A stretch of 64,000 nt of DNA from a bacterium (lineage in GTDB: Bacteria > Electryoneota > Electryoneia > Electryoneales > Electryoneaceae), in contig OY769902.1 of NCBI GenBank assembly GCA_963669175.1, forward strand, positions 128,001-192,000. Direction: 5' to 3'. Within the stretch, counting starts at the first letter, position 1. Each line of letters opens with the position of its first letter. A model generated the notes under the pieces. That model had not been told where the DNA came from and made no database searches. It saw only the letters and a program-made list of their open reading frames with translations. The position numbers and the translations under genes were made by a program. Below, in pieces: positions 1 to 9,451 of this stretch.

Positions 1-339
1 CTCCACTGTACGCACCCGTTCCCACGCTTCCCGATGAGTCTCGAACGCTTCTTCATACGACGTCCCGGTCCAGCTACCGTAATTCCGCTCACGCAGGTCG
101 GCATCAGTCACCTGTTCCAGCCCGAACCGTTTCGCTACGATCTCACCGGTAACCCGCGCCCGTTTCAGATCGCTGGTATACACTCCGCCAAACTCAATTC
201 CGGTTTGAAGGAGCGCTTCCGCCAACTCAGCAGCCTGTTGCAATCCCTTCGGCGTAAGCTCCGGCTCTGTCTGCCCGGAAACCCAGCCCTCAAGGTTCGC
301 TACCGACTGAGCATGACGTGTCATATACAACATGGACAT
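1..339 (-). CDS. Histidine phosphatase (phosphoglycerate mutase family) protein, 3' end outside window
   Basis: Not in ORF track. My translation of the minus strand from ATG 339 gives MSMLYMTRHAQSVANLEGWVSGQTEPELTPKGLQQA...VYTSDLKRARVT...DLRERNYGSWTG, containing the RH(G/A), SDLxRA and LRExxxG motifs. Confidence 0.85.
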   Translation of the reverse strand, partial: MSMLYMTRHAQSVANLEGWVSGQTEPELTPKGLQQAAELAEALLQTGIEFGGVYTSDLKRARVTGEIVAKRFGLEQVTDADLRERNYGSWTGTSYEEAFETHREAWERVRTVE

Positions 340-386
340 ATGCAAAACGCAGGAATTCAACATGGAACTCCGGCGATAGTATCCTG

Positions 387-1529
387 TTACTTGCCGAGAA
401 TCTGACGGCTGATGACGATACGCTGAATTTCGTTGGTGCCTTCGTAGATCTCGGTGATCTTGGCATCACGCAGCAGACGTTCTACCGGGTACTCACGTGA
501 GTAGCCATAGCCGCCGTGAATCTGTACCGCTTCTTCCGCGCACCAGGTTGCCGCTTCGGAGCAGTAGACCTTGGCCATGGCGGCTTCCTTGGTGAACTTA
601 CGTCCCGAATCCTTCAGCCAGGCCGCGTGATACAGCAGGTGACGAGCGGCGGAGACACGCATCTGCATGTCCGCCAGCTTGAACTGTATCGCCTGGAACG
701 CAGCGATGGGACGATTGAACTGATGACGTTCCTGCGAGTATTTTACCGCTTCTTCCAGCGATGCCTGGGCAATACCCAGCGCCTGAGCGCCAACCCCGAG
801 ACGTCCGCTGTCCAGTGCAGTCAGCATGACCTTGAAGCCCATGCCGTGTTCGCCGATCAGGTACTCGTTCGGGACGCGCACGTCGTCAAAGGTCAACGCT
901 ACGGTATCGGTGGAACGCATGCCCATCTTCTTTTCATGCTTACCGATTTCGATACCGGGGGTGTCTGCCGGTACGATAAACGCACTGGTGCCCTTCGCGC
1001 CTGCATCCGGATCGGTCACACAGACGTACAGATACGCCTGGGCGTTGGAACCTCCGGTGATGAAGTTCTTCGAACCGTTGATCACCCAATGGTCGCCATC
1101 TTTGACCGCTCGGCTTTTCATGGCGCCGGCATCACTGCCGCTGCCGGGTTCTGTCAGACAAAACGCTCCCCACCATTCACCGGAAGTGAACTTGGGCAGG
1201 AAGTTGGTCTTGATAAAATCGTTGCCGAATTTCTCCAACGGATAACAGATCAGGCTGTTGTTGATGGAAAGCAACACTTCGACCGATGGGTCAACACGAG
1301 CGATCTCTTCCATGGCAGCCACATATCCGACAGTGTCAAATCCACCACCGCCGAACTCTTCGGACGCGATAACACCATAGAAGCCCAGCTCACCCAGTTG
1401 CTTCATCTGTTCATGCGGAAACAGGCCTTTGTCATCCCGTTCCGCCACACCCGGCCGTAATTCCTTTTCAGCAAAATCACGAGCCGTTTGCCGCAGCATT
1501 TCCTGTTCTTCGTTGAAAGTGAAATCCAT
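387..1529 (-). CDS. Acyl-CoA dehydrogenase (short-chain/butyryl-CoA type)
   Basis: FCLTEPGSGSDA, NGSKNFIT, KMGMR, QIHGGYGY and IYEGTNEIQR motifs; 380 aa. Confidence 0.95.
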   Translation of the reverse strand: MDFTFNEEQEMLRQTARDFAEKELRPGVAERDDKGLFPHEQMKQLGELGFYGVIASEEFGGGGFDTVGYVAAMEEIARVDPSVEVLLSINNSLICYPLEKFGNDFIKTNFLPKFTSGEWWGAFCLTEPGSGSDAGAMKSRAVKDGDHWVINGSKNFITGGSNAQAYLYVCVTDPDAGAKGTSAFIVPADTPGIEIGKHEKKMGMRSTDTVALTFDDVRVPNEYLIGEHGMGFKVMLTALDSGRLGVGAQALGIAQASLEEAVKYSQERHQFNRPIAAFQAIQFKLADMQMRVSAARHLLYHAAWLKDSGRKFTKEAAMAKVYCSEAATWCAEEAVQIHGGYGYSREYPVERLLRDAKITEIYEGTNEIQRIVISRQILGK

Positions 1530-1846
1530 GCAGTTCCCCGGTGCTGGTGCGCCTGACTGGTACGGATCTCCTTTATCCGGTCCCTGTCACACGCGCTGTG
1601 AACGCTTATTTTCCACGTTAACCGGACATAGTTGCCCGGAATGAACGGTTTACGCCAATGCCAATATAACAAAACGAATGCCGTTGCACCTCTCAAAGGG
1701 AGCGAGGATTTTCCTGGTAACCATATCCGAAACCTGCTCGAGGCTATTTCTTGTCTTAGGGGGACAATCCATGTGAATTGCCTCTACCAATTGCAGGAGG
1801 GCGCTTCCGTAGTTACTTTATTTCGGGGACAGAAATGGAGTAACAG

Positions 1847-2764
1847 ATGAACATGGACTCATCCAGGGACGGTAAACCACGTTTTCGTCTGCTCGCTATT
1901 GACGATGATGCCGGGATGCACAACCTTGTTGACAGGCATCTTGACGGTGTCGTTGCAGAAATCCGTCACGCTACTTTGCCGGAAGTTGGCCTCAAGATGG
2001 CCATGGAGCAAGACTTTGATGTCATCCTGCTAGGGGTGGACATGCCTGGCATGGACGGATTCCAGGTATGTCGACATCTGAAAGCTACACGCCGTACACG
2101 ATTTGTTCCAGTAATCTTCCTGACCGGACGTGATGACCCGGCTTCTATCGCTTACGGGCTGGACCTTGGGGCAGTGGATTTCCTGACCAAACCAACCCCG
2201 CCATTGGAACTCCAGGCACGAGTGCGTGTAGCCCTGCGTCAGTATGACATGGTCAACCATTTCATCAAGAACTCACACCTTGACCCTCTTTCCGGCCTCC
2301 TCGCCGCTGAACAGTTCGAGGTCAACTTAAAGCGCGCGCTGCACCGTTATGAACGTAGCCAGATCCCCTTCTGCCTGTTGATTCTGGACCTGGATCGCTT
2401 CAAACACCTGAACGAGCGCTACGGGTTCAATGCCGCGAACGAGGTGCTGCGACGGGTCGGTTCTGTGATCCACGGCGGCCTGAGAAATAACGACCTCGCC
2501 CACCGTCTGAAGGAGGATCGTTTCGGCATCCTGCTCGAGGACATCTTCCCCGAGAAAGCGCCGGAAGCAGCGAACCGGCTGCTTGACAGTGTCCGCAGGT
2601 TGAAAATTCCCGTAGGCAGCGAAGTCCTCACTGTCACCATGTCCGCCGGACTGGCCTGTGTGCCCTCCAATGACCAGAAAAAACTGTATGACCTGGCCTA
2701 CCAGGCCATGAAACAGGCGAAGGTGAAAGGAAGGGACCGGTTGGGGGTTGCGCAGCAGGTTTGA
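1847..2764 (+). CDS. REC + degenerate GGDEF domain protein
   Basis: N-terminal receiver fold (IDDD, MPGMDG, FLT, KP). C-terminal GGDEF fold (DLDRFKHLNERYG, TMSAG, AKVKGRDR) with the signature replaced by RLKEDRF. Confidence 0.85.
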   Translation: MNMDSSRDGKPRFRLLAIDDDAGMHNLVDRHLDGVVAEIRHATLPEVGLKMAMEQDFDVILLGVDMPGMDGFQVCRHLKATRRTRFVPVIFLTGRDDPASIAYGLDLGAVDFLTKPTPPLELQARVRVALRQYDMVNHFIKNSHLDPLSGLLAAEQFEVNLKRALHRYERSQIPFCLLILDLDRFKHLNERYGFNAANEVLRRVGSVIHGGLRNNDLAHRLKEDRFGILLEDIFPEKAPEAANRLLDSVRRLKIPVGSEVLTVTMSAGLACVPSNDQKKLYDLAYQAMKQAKVKGRDRLGVAQQV

Positions 2765-2789
2765 AAGTTGAAAGTCTTGCAGCCATATC

Positions 2790-2962
2790 AGGTTGGTGGG
2801 TGGCCCTGTATGTTTCTGGCAGTTCTGCATAAGAACGCGTGGCCCGATTTGCCGGAAGTGTACATAATACTCTCGCAATGCTGACAACAATTGTGAGTCG
2901 TCGTCCTGTGATACGGATGATGAGCAAGTCGGGTTTTGGGAGAGCCTGGGTGAGCCGATGCA
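2790..2962 (+). repeat. Dispersed ~170-bp intergenic repeat (family B), copy 1
   Basis: Aligns by eye with 27511-27680; shared blocks gcagttctg, tggcccgatttgccgga, atactctcg, tgacaaca, gagcaagtcggg, agcctgggtga. Confidence 0.8.
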
Positions 2963-3256
2963 TAAGCGAGAGTGGTAGCCAAATTGCAGGTATACTGTGG
3001 TGCTGGAACAAGGTGTGAAGCAAAAAGAAGTGGATCGGGACAGATCTGATAGCGAGTTTTCATATGGAACACAGTATTGTGCCCGCTACAGATATTAGTG
3101 GTAGCGCGACAACTCGTACAGGAACACCAGACATTCCGGAAGAGTGAAATATAGTGAATGGACACAATGAGGAAACTGGTATCTGGAAAACTGGGACTTG
3201 CCCCATTGCAGTTATTATTATGTAAATAGTATATTTATAAGAGAAAGGGGACAAAT

Positions 3257-3505
3257 ATGAAAGACGTTCACAAAGAAGCGCTCGAGTTCTACATAGCACA
3301 TCAGGATGAGCTTGTTGCCAAGTACAATGGTAAAAGTATTATCATTGTTGAGCAGGAAGTGAAAGGCGTTTTTGATTCAGATCGCGATGCCTTGAGAGAA
3401 GCCAGAAAGATGTTCAGGACTGGAAGCTACATGATCAAGCGGGTTGGACCGGGTAAAGACAATTATACTCAAACCTTTCATTCCGGGCGTATCTCCTTCG
3501 TATAA
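3257..3505 (+). CDS. Small protein resembling DUF5678
   Basis: 82 aa with the pattern F..HQDELVAKYNGK.III...EVKGVFDS...A; RBS-like aggggac upstream; sits directly before an aspartyl protease gene. Confidence 0.65.
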   Translation: MKDVHKEALEFYIAHQDELVAKYNGKSIIIVEQEVKGVFDSDRDALREARKMFRTGSYMIKRVGPGKDNYTQTFHSGRISFV

Positions 3506-3530
3506 CAAACCTATTCAAGGAATTTTGGTC

Positions 3531-4157
3531 ATGTCTATTATTCCTGAATCTCATACATTTACGATCCAATATGATCAACCTGTAAAAATGATACAATGCA
3601 AGGTTGGTGTTTCCCAGGAATCCCTATCCGATTCTCCTGTAGAGTCGGATTTTTCATTTCATACTTATACAGCACTGTGGGATACTGGCGCGACGAATAC
3701 TGTTATTACGGCAAGAATATTTAAGCAATTAAAACTCCAACAGATTGGCATTGCTATTGTTGCTACGGCAGCAGGTGAAATAGATTCTCCGGTTTGCTAC
3801 CTGGCATTGAAACTACCCAATGGACTATCCTTCCCTTTCCTTCAAGCAACTGTTTGCGAAAATATGCTTGGTGATGCGGATGTTCTAATTGGAATGGATA
3901 TTATCGGCTACGGCGATTTCGCTTTTAGTTTTGGAACCTGTAAACCAGTGATGACATATAGAGCTCCAGCAGGATTGCATGTAAACTACAGAAGAAATCC
4001 GATCGTATATGGGAATATAGCAAATGCTAAACCAATCCCCGTTGTTTCTCCAAGTGAATTGTGTCCCTGCAAAAGTGGTTTCACTTATGAGGATTGCCAT
4101 GGCGCTATACCAACCGTTTCCATTGTCCCTCCTATCGCCTTGAGACCCTTAATATGA
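3531..4157 (+). CDS. Retropepsin-like (clan AA) aspartyl protease with C-terminal SEC-C motif
   Basis: ALWDTGATNTVI catalytic motif, LIGMDII motif and CPCKSGFTYEDCHG zinc knuckle. Start placed at ATG 3531, after the upstream stop, rather than 3444. Confidence 0.85.
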   Translation: MSIIPESHTFTIQYDQPVKMIQCKVGVSQESLSDSPVESDFSFHTYTALWDTGATNTVITARIFKQLKLQQIGIAIVATAAGEIDSPVCYLALKLPNGLSFPFLQATVCENMLGDADVLIGMDIIGYGDFAFSFGTCKPVMTYRAPAGLHVNYRRNPIVYGNIANAKPIPVVSPSELCPCKSGFTYEDCHGAIPTVSIVPPIALRPLI

Positions 4158-4165
4158 AAACAATT

Positions 4166-4996
4166 CTATTTTCTTTCAAACGTGTCCCCCCCCTCCACAA
4201 ACGCATCAATCAGCCGTCGTGCGATAGAAAGACGCATCGGTCCGGGTGGCATGGCATCCGCCGTGTACCAGTCCGCTTCAAGAATCTCGCCATCCTGCAT
4301 GGTAATCTCACCACTCTCATAGTCCGCAAAGAAGCCGATCATCAGGGAATTGGGGAAGGGCCAGGGCTGGCTGTCGAAATAACGGATATTGGTTACCCTG
4401 ATCCCGACCTCTTCAAAAATCTCACGCTTTACACAATCCTCCAGCGTTTCACCCGGTTCGACAAACCCGGCCAGCACGCTGTAGATCGGCAAGGTAAATC
4501 GTGTGCCACGCGCCAGCAGGATCTGATCCCCCTTCGTCACCGCCACAATCACCGCCGGAGCCACTCGTGGGAAGCTCTCGTACCCGCAGGCGGGGCATAG
4601 CTTGGCTTCGGATTCCGATGACCACTCGTTCTTGGTTCCGCAGCAACCGCAGAATTGAGTTGTCTCGTCCCAGTGCAGCAGGTGAACCGCACGTCCCAGC
4701 AGGTCAAACTGAGCGCGTGTCATGCCCACCAACAGCCCACGCATATGAGTAAACCGCCACTCACCCGGTTCCGGGCAGTCGGACGACACACGGCAGACGG
4801 TCCACCTCTTCCCATTCTCCGCGCCGACAAACAGCTCGCGTGTGATGAAAGGCGCAAGGGTTTCGTGAACGTCCCGACCGGGAAGAAGTTGTGAGATGGT
4901 ATCCGTAGCGGACAGAATGCGGCCGTCACACACGAAAATCCTTACACGCTCCTGCTCTTCCGGTAACTGCTGCGGCAGCCCGAATTCGATGGGCAT
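4166..4996 (-). CDS. nudC: NAD(H) diphosphatase NudC
   Basis: FCGCCG...CPAC zinc ribbon, Nudix box AGFVEPGETLEDCVKREIFEEVG, SQPWPFPNSLM signature. Confidence 0.95.
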   Translation of the reverse strand: MPIEFGLPQQLPEEQERVRIFVCDGRILSATDTISQLLPGRDVHETLAPFITRELFVGAENGKRWTVCRVSSDCPEPGEWRFTHMRGLLVGMTRAQFDLLGRAVHLLHWDETTQFCGCCGTKNEWSSESEAKLCPACGYESFPRVAPAVIVAVTKGDQILLARGTRFTLPIYSVLAGFVEPGETLEDCVKREIFEEVGIRVTNIRYFDSQPWPFPNSLMIGFFADYESGEITMQDGEILEADWYTADAMPPGPMRLSIARRLIDAFVEGGDTFERK

Positions 4997-5164
4997 GGTA
5001 GTTCTCCTGTTTTCCGCAGGTGAAGATACAGCAGTGTAGCTATATGGACAAGATTCAGTGGAAGTATCCCTGCTGCGTTAGCCGTGGAAGTTACATCACG
5101 TGCTCATCGGGCCACCCAGCCCTACTTTTTTCACCTTTTTCACTTTCCACTTTTTTCACTTCGA

Positions 5165-7579
5165 TCATCCATCCGTCCGCAGCACTGTAACGGGATTCGT
5201 GCGTGCGGCGGAGATAGTCAACGCGCTCATCACCATCCACGCGATCAACACCGACGCCACCAGCGTGCCGGGGTACAGCGCCACCGGAATCGTGATATGA
5301 TAGGCGAAGTTGGCCAGCCAGCGGTTCATGGCCAGCGCACTCAAGGGCAACGCCACCACATTGGCAACCAGCACCCATACCAGGAAACGTCCACTGATCA
5401 AACGGTGTATCCCAGCCTCGCTCGCCCCCAACACTTTACGAATGCCGATTTCTTTTCGTTTCGAGTGAACCATCAACGCAGTAATGCCCAGCAGACCCAG
5501 CGCAGAAATAATGATCCCCAGCAAACCGAAGGTCCGGAAAATAGCGCTCAAGTTCCGTTCGGACTCATACAACTGCTGCATACGATCTTCCAGGAATTGC
5601 ATGTCATAAACCCCATTCGGCGCAAATTGTTCAAATACGTGATCCACCCAGGCCAGCGCTTCTTTGGTGCCACCGGGACGGATGCGAACCAGGTTATAGG
5701 TGGTTCCCCAGGGCCGGTTTTCAATCACCAGTGGTGAGATAGTCTTGTGCAGCACTTCATGGTTAAAATCTCGCACCACACCTACAATCTGCCCCTCATA
5801 CGGTCCCCAGATATTATTCCAGGCCGCTTTCCCGACCGGGTCTTCAATGCCCAGTACCCGTATCGCGGTCTCGTTGGGAATGAATGCCGGAGTGCCATAC
5901 CCGAGCCCGGCAAAACTGCTTCCTTCAGCGAGCTCAAGGCCAAGTGTCTCGATGATATCCGTATCCCCACGCAGCACCTGCACTCCCGGCCAGACATCGG
6001 GCGGCGTGTCCTCCGTACTCAGCGATTCTCCGCTGTAGTGATTCCCGGGCAACGAGGAAGCACAGGACACGGACACAATATTCGGATTCCGCAACAGTTC
6101 CGCTTTTACCTCGTCAAGGTTGTCGAAAACAGTGTCACGCAGAACGCCATGCGTCATGAAAGCAACCACATGCTCCGTATCAAAACCGGGGTCTCGATTC
6201 AACAGGAAATCGGCCTGCATATAAATGACGGCTGTGCAGAAAAGAATGGCGGATGATATGATAAACTGGAAGGTCAGTAAACCTTTCCGTAAAAAACCTA
6301 CGATTGCCCTGGGATCACGACTGGCTCGGATAGTTTGGGCCGGGACAAAGGTGGAAGCGTGGATCGCCGGGTAAATTCCGCCCACCAGGAACACGCCCAA
6401 CAAGACACCAAGCAGCAGCGGCAGGTGTTTTACACTCCACAGGTAGCTCGGAGTAAGCGGATACCCGGTCAGGTTTGTGTAGTACGGGAACGCCAGCGAT
6501 AACAGCACGAGACTGACTACTCCGGCCAGCAGGATCAGCACCCCGGTCTCAACGGCAAACTGCTGGCCTACCTGCGAAGATCCGGCGCCCATAACTTTTC
6601 GAATGCCGACCTCCCGAGTACGCCTCAATCCCAACGCCAGCGTAATATTGACAAAATTGATCGCAGCAATCAGCAGGATAATCACCGCCACTACGGCGAA
6701 GATTTTCAGGTATACAGCGTTCGTGCGTGGCCCGTTATCATCACTCAGTCCGGGCAATAGGTGAATCGAGGGTAAAGGCTGACAGGTGTAGACAGTTGTA
6801 ATCTCCTCGTCTTCCTCAAGAACATCGGCAAAATAAGACAACATGAAATCCAGCATTCTTTCACGCACCGTACTGATGGACGCCTGCTCATGCAGCTTGA
6901 AATACGTAATTGCCCCTGACCAGGAACGGCTCTGCCACATATCGGGACGCGATTCCATCACGAAGTTTTCCATCAGTTTCATCGGGTACAGGAACTCGTA
7001 CTGGATGTGCGAATCGAAGGGCGGATCGGGGATGACGGCTGTGATTTTGCGCGGACGGTCAATCGCGGTTTCCAGCATCTCACCGACCGGGATATGATCG
7101 CCGAACATGCGTCTGGACACAGATTCGGTGATCACAATGGTGTAAGGATCACGCAATGACAGATCGGTATCACCATGCAACGCTTTGATTCCGAACATGT
7201 CGAAAAATGTGCTGTCGGCGAAATAGCCGCCATCTATGCGGTGGGTAGTACGATTGCCGTGGTCATTGGTATAGAACACAGTCGCACGACTGGCGATGAC
7301 ACGGGTATACGATTCAATCTCACTGAAAAAGGCAAGGAGTTGATCACCCAGCATGGGGGATTGTTCTGCGCTGCCATCGCCATCTTCATCCACACGGATA
7401 ACACGGAAGATGCGGTCACGATCCGGCGCCTGGCTGTCAAAACCAAGCTCAATCCCAAGGTGCATGAAAATGATCAGGGCAAAGGTAATACCAAGGGAAA
7501 GTCCGGTGACGTTGATCAGGACATACCAACGGTGACGGGAAAGGTTGCGAACAGCAGACATGAGGTAATTACGCAGCAT
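5165..7579 (-). CDS. ABC transporter permease, MacB/FtsX family (duplicated, ~800 aa)
   Basis: MLRNYL..A.RNL start, two REVGIRKVMGA/KEIGIRKVLGA motifs, NPVTVLR end, multiple TM segments. Confidence 0.92.
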   Translation of the reverse strand: MLRNYLMSAVRNLSRHRWYVLINVTGLSLGITFALIIFMHLGIELGFDSQAPDRDRIFRVIRVDEDGDGSAEQSPMLGDQLLAFFSEIESYTRVIASRATVFYTNDHGNRTTHRIDGGYFADSTFFDMFGIKALHGDTDLSLRDPYTIVITESVSRRMFGDHIPVGEMLETAIDRPRKITAVIPDPPFDSHIQYEFLYPMKLMENFVMESRPDMWQSRSWSGAITYFKLHEQASISTVRERMLDFMLSYFADVLEEDEEITTVYTCQPLPSIHLLPGLSDDNGPRTNAVYLKIFAVVAVIILLIAAINFVNITLALGLRRTREVGIRKVMGAGSSQVGQQFAVETGVLILLAGVVSLVLLSLAFPYYTNLTGYPLTPSYLWSVKHLPLLLGVLLGVFLVGGIYPAIHASTFVPAQTIRASRDPRAIVGFLRKGLLTFQFIISSAILFCTAVIYMQADFLLNRDPGFDTEHVVAFMTHGVLRDTVFDNLDEVKAELLRNPNIVSVSCASSLPGNHYSGESLSTEDTPPDVWPGVQVLRGDTDIIETLGLELAEGSSFAGLGYGTPAFIPNETAIRVLGIEDPVGKAAWNNIWGPYEGQIVGVVRDFNHEVLHKTISPLVIENRPWGTTYNLVRIRPGGTKEALAWVDHVFEQFAPNGVYDMQFLEDRMQQLYESERNLSAIFRTFGLLGIIISALGLLGITALMVHSKRKEIGIRKVLGASEAGIHRLISGRFLVWVLVANVVALPLSALAMNRWLANFAYHITIPVALYPGTLVASVLIAWMVMSALTISAARTNPVTVLRTDG

Positions 7580-7970
7580 GACCGGCCTCCAGTCGTTGGG
7601 CTGGTGGTTAGCGAACCCGGCTCAGTTCATGCAAAGAAGATACGACAATGCCACTGGGAAGTCAGCTCCTGAAGAAAAGTTTGGGAATTCAGATGGTTTG
7701 TGACCGTGAACCACGACCAGAAGCCATACAGAATGGACGGAGGTTTTTTCTGTCTTTATCACATATCTCTGATCAATGTTCACCTGATAGTTCTTGATAG
7801 TTGTGCTTGTAATTCAGAAGAACCACGGCAGTGGTTCTCCAGAGTATTGACAAACCTCTCTTGATACCATTTTACAGGTTTTCCGCCATATGCGGACGTT
7901 GTTATTAAACAACTTAAGATCGCCATATTCTACCTCTGTAGGTCAGGCTCGACTTTGTCAGCAGTCTGTA

Positions 7971-8136
7971 GAACCACGGCAGTGGTTCCCTGTATTAGCC
8001 CACCGTCCAGCGCCGTCTGTCTGGCGCTCACGGTGGGAAAAGCGATCACTCCTCATGAACAACCCCGGTAGCGGGTTGCCTAAACCACCACAAACTTAAA
8101 CAGATATAAATATTCAGGTTACTCCTGCCGGGGCGA
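7971..8136 (+). repeat. Internally deleted REP-like cargo of the family A element, without terminal inverted repeats; extra hairpin copy at 7820-7837
   Basis: gaaccacggcagtggttccctgtattagcccaccgtccagcgccgtctgtctggcgctcacggtggg...caaccccggtagcgggttgcc matches the interior of 53194-54113. Confidence 0.85.
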
Positions 8137-8163
8137 CTACTTGGGATCAAATAAATATCTCTC

Positions 8164-8526
8164 CTACTTCAACACCCCCTCAATCATCACCTCCCCCGGC
8201 TGTACAATCACCGCCTGAATATCAATACGTTCTGTGATACTGGCCGGCAAACGCATCTCAAACACACCGGAGCTTATCTTCAACACATTGGGATCTACAT
8301 TGGCGAGATGATCGGTGATAAAGCCGAGGAATTTGGGACGCATTTCCGTCTTCACCCAGTTATCTTCGATCCGGAAACGGGACAATGTCACCTTCACCGG
8401 GACACCAAACCGTATCTTGAAAACAGCGGCATCATGATTCAGCTCGACCAGCTCAAGGATATCCCGTGTTTTCGGACTCCGTGTGATCAGATCATTGATC
8501 TCGTCGTGGGAAATCGTTAGAATCAA
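8164..8526 (-). CDS. Hypothetical protein
   Basis: 120-aa ORF with TTG start after a G-rich RBS, protein-like composition, divergent from ogt. Confidence 0.6.
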   Translation of the reverse strand: MILTISHDEINDLITRSPKTRDILELVELNHDAAVFKIRFGVPVKVTLSRFRIEDNWVKTEMRPKFLGFITDHLANVDPNVLKISSGVFEMRLPASITERIDIQAVIVQPGEVMIEGVLK

Positions 8527-8578
8527 GCCGACCCCCTTTTCGTGGTCACAGTTACAACTCTAATGTAAGGAAACGGCC

Positions 8579-9121
8579 ATGGCGGCGATAGCGGACAACG
8601 TGCATGCAGCAATTCTCAACGACACCCCGGTAGGACGGGTGGTACTGGTTACGGAATCAGGACGCGTACGTCAGATCAAGATGAATGTTGACAACGCGGA
8701 AACGTACCTGCATGCCGTTGCCCCGGAAGCCCGGCTCGATACGGATGAGGCGAAAAAAGCCGCTGACGATATGAACAAGTACTTTGCCCGTCACGATGCA
8801 GAAGCGCTCCCCGATTGGGATTTTTGCGATGAATGCGCTCGGACGCCGTTCGTTCGGAAAGTATACGAGACCCTGCGGCGTGAAGTGAAAGCCGGGCAGA
8901 CGATTACCTATGGTGACCTGGCTCGAAAAGCTGGATTCCCCGGCGCAGCGCGTGCGGTGGGAAGCGCCATGGCGCGTAATCCCATCCCGCTGGTGGTGCC
9001 CTGTCACCGTGTCATTCCCGCTTCCGGATGTGTGGGACGCTTTACCGGTGGCGCTTCGCTGAAACACACCCTGCTGGAACTGGAAGGCGCTGTGGTGAAA
9101 GATCCATTTGCCAAAGAGTGA
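8579..9121 (+). CDS. ogt: Methylated-DNA--protein-cysteine methyltransferase
   Basis: TYGDLA, ARAVGSA, NPIPLVVPCHRVI active site, K..LLELE. Confidence 0.93.
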   Translation: MAAIADNVHAAILNDTPVGRVVLVTESGRVRQIKMNVDNAETYLHAVAPEARLDTDEAKKAADDMNKYFARHDAEALPDWDFCDECARTPFVRKVYETLRREVKAGQTITYGDLARKAGFPGAARAVGSAMARNPIPLVVPCHRVIPASGCVGRFTGGASLKHTLLELEGAVVKDPFAKE

Positions 9122-9451
9122 TTGGAAGAAACGATTATTTGGAAAAGGAAGTGTTGATATTAGGGGGGAAACCTGTCAGGTCTGCCCCTCTTTTGGTTCT
9201 TCGCTGTTTCGAATGTGTAGACTACTGGTTGACTAATATGTGATTAAAAGGAAGGGCTTCCAAATCACCTCGAAGAGGTGAAACTTGAATAGCGCGGGTG
9301 TGCAAACCCCGGGAATACAAGGACTACCACACCAATCGTCCCCGAAGGGTACGCACATTGGAGGAAAGCCTGATTTGTACATCCAGGCTCTTGAAATAAC
9401 AACTGATGATAGATATTATAGGAATGTGCGTCGCATCCCCGGCCACTATAT

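Noticed and set aside
34-1460. Plus-strand ORFs 34..405 and 516..1460, and similar long antisense ORFs (e.g. 24289..25095, 55403..57274)
   Set aside because: They are shadows of well-supported genes on the opposite strand and have no recognisable motifs.
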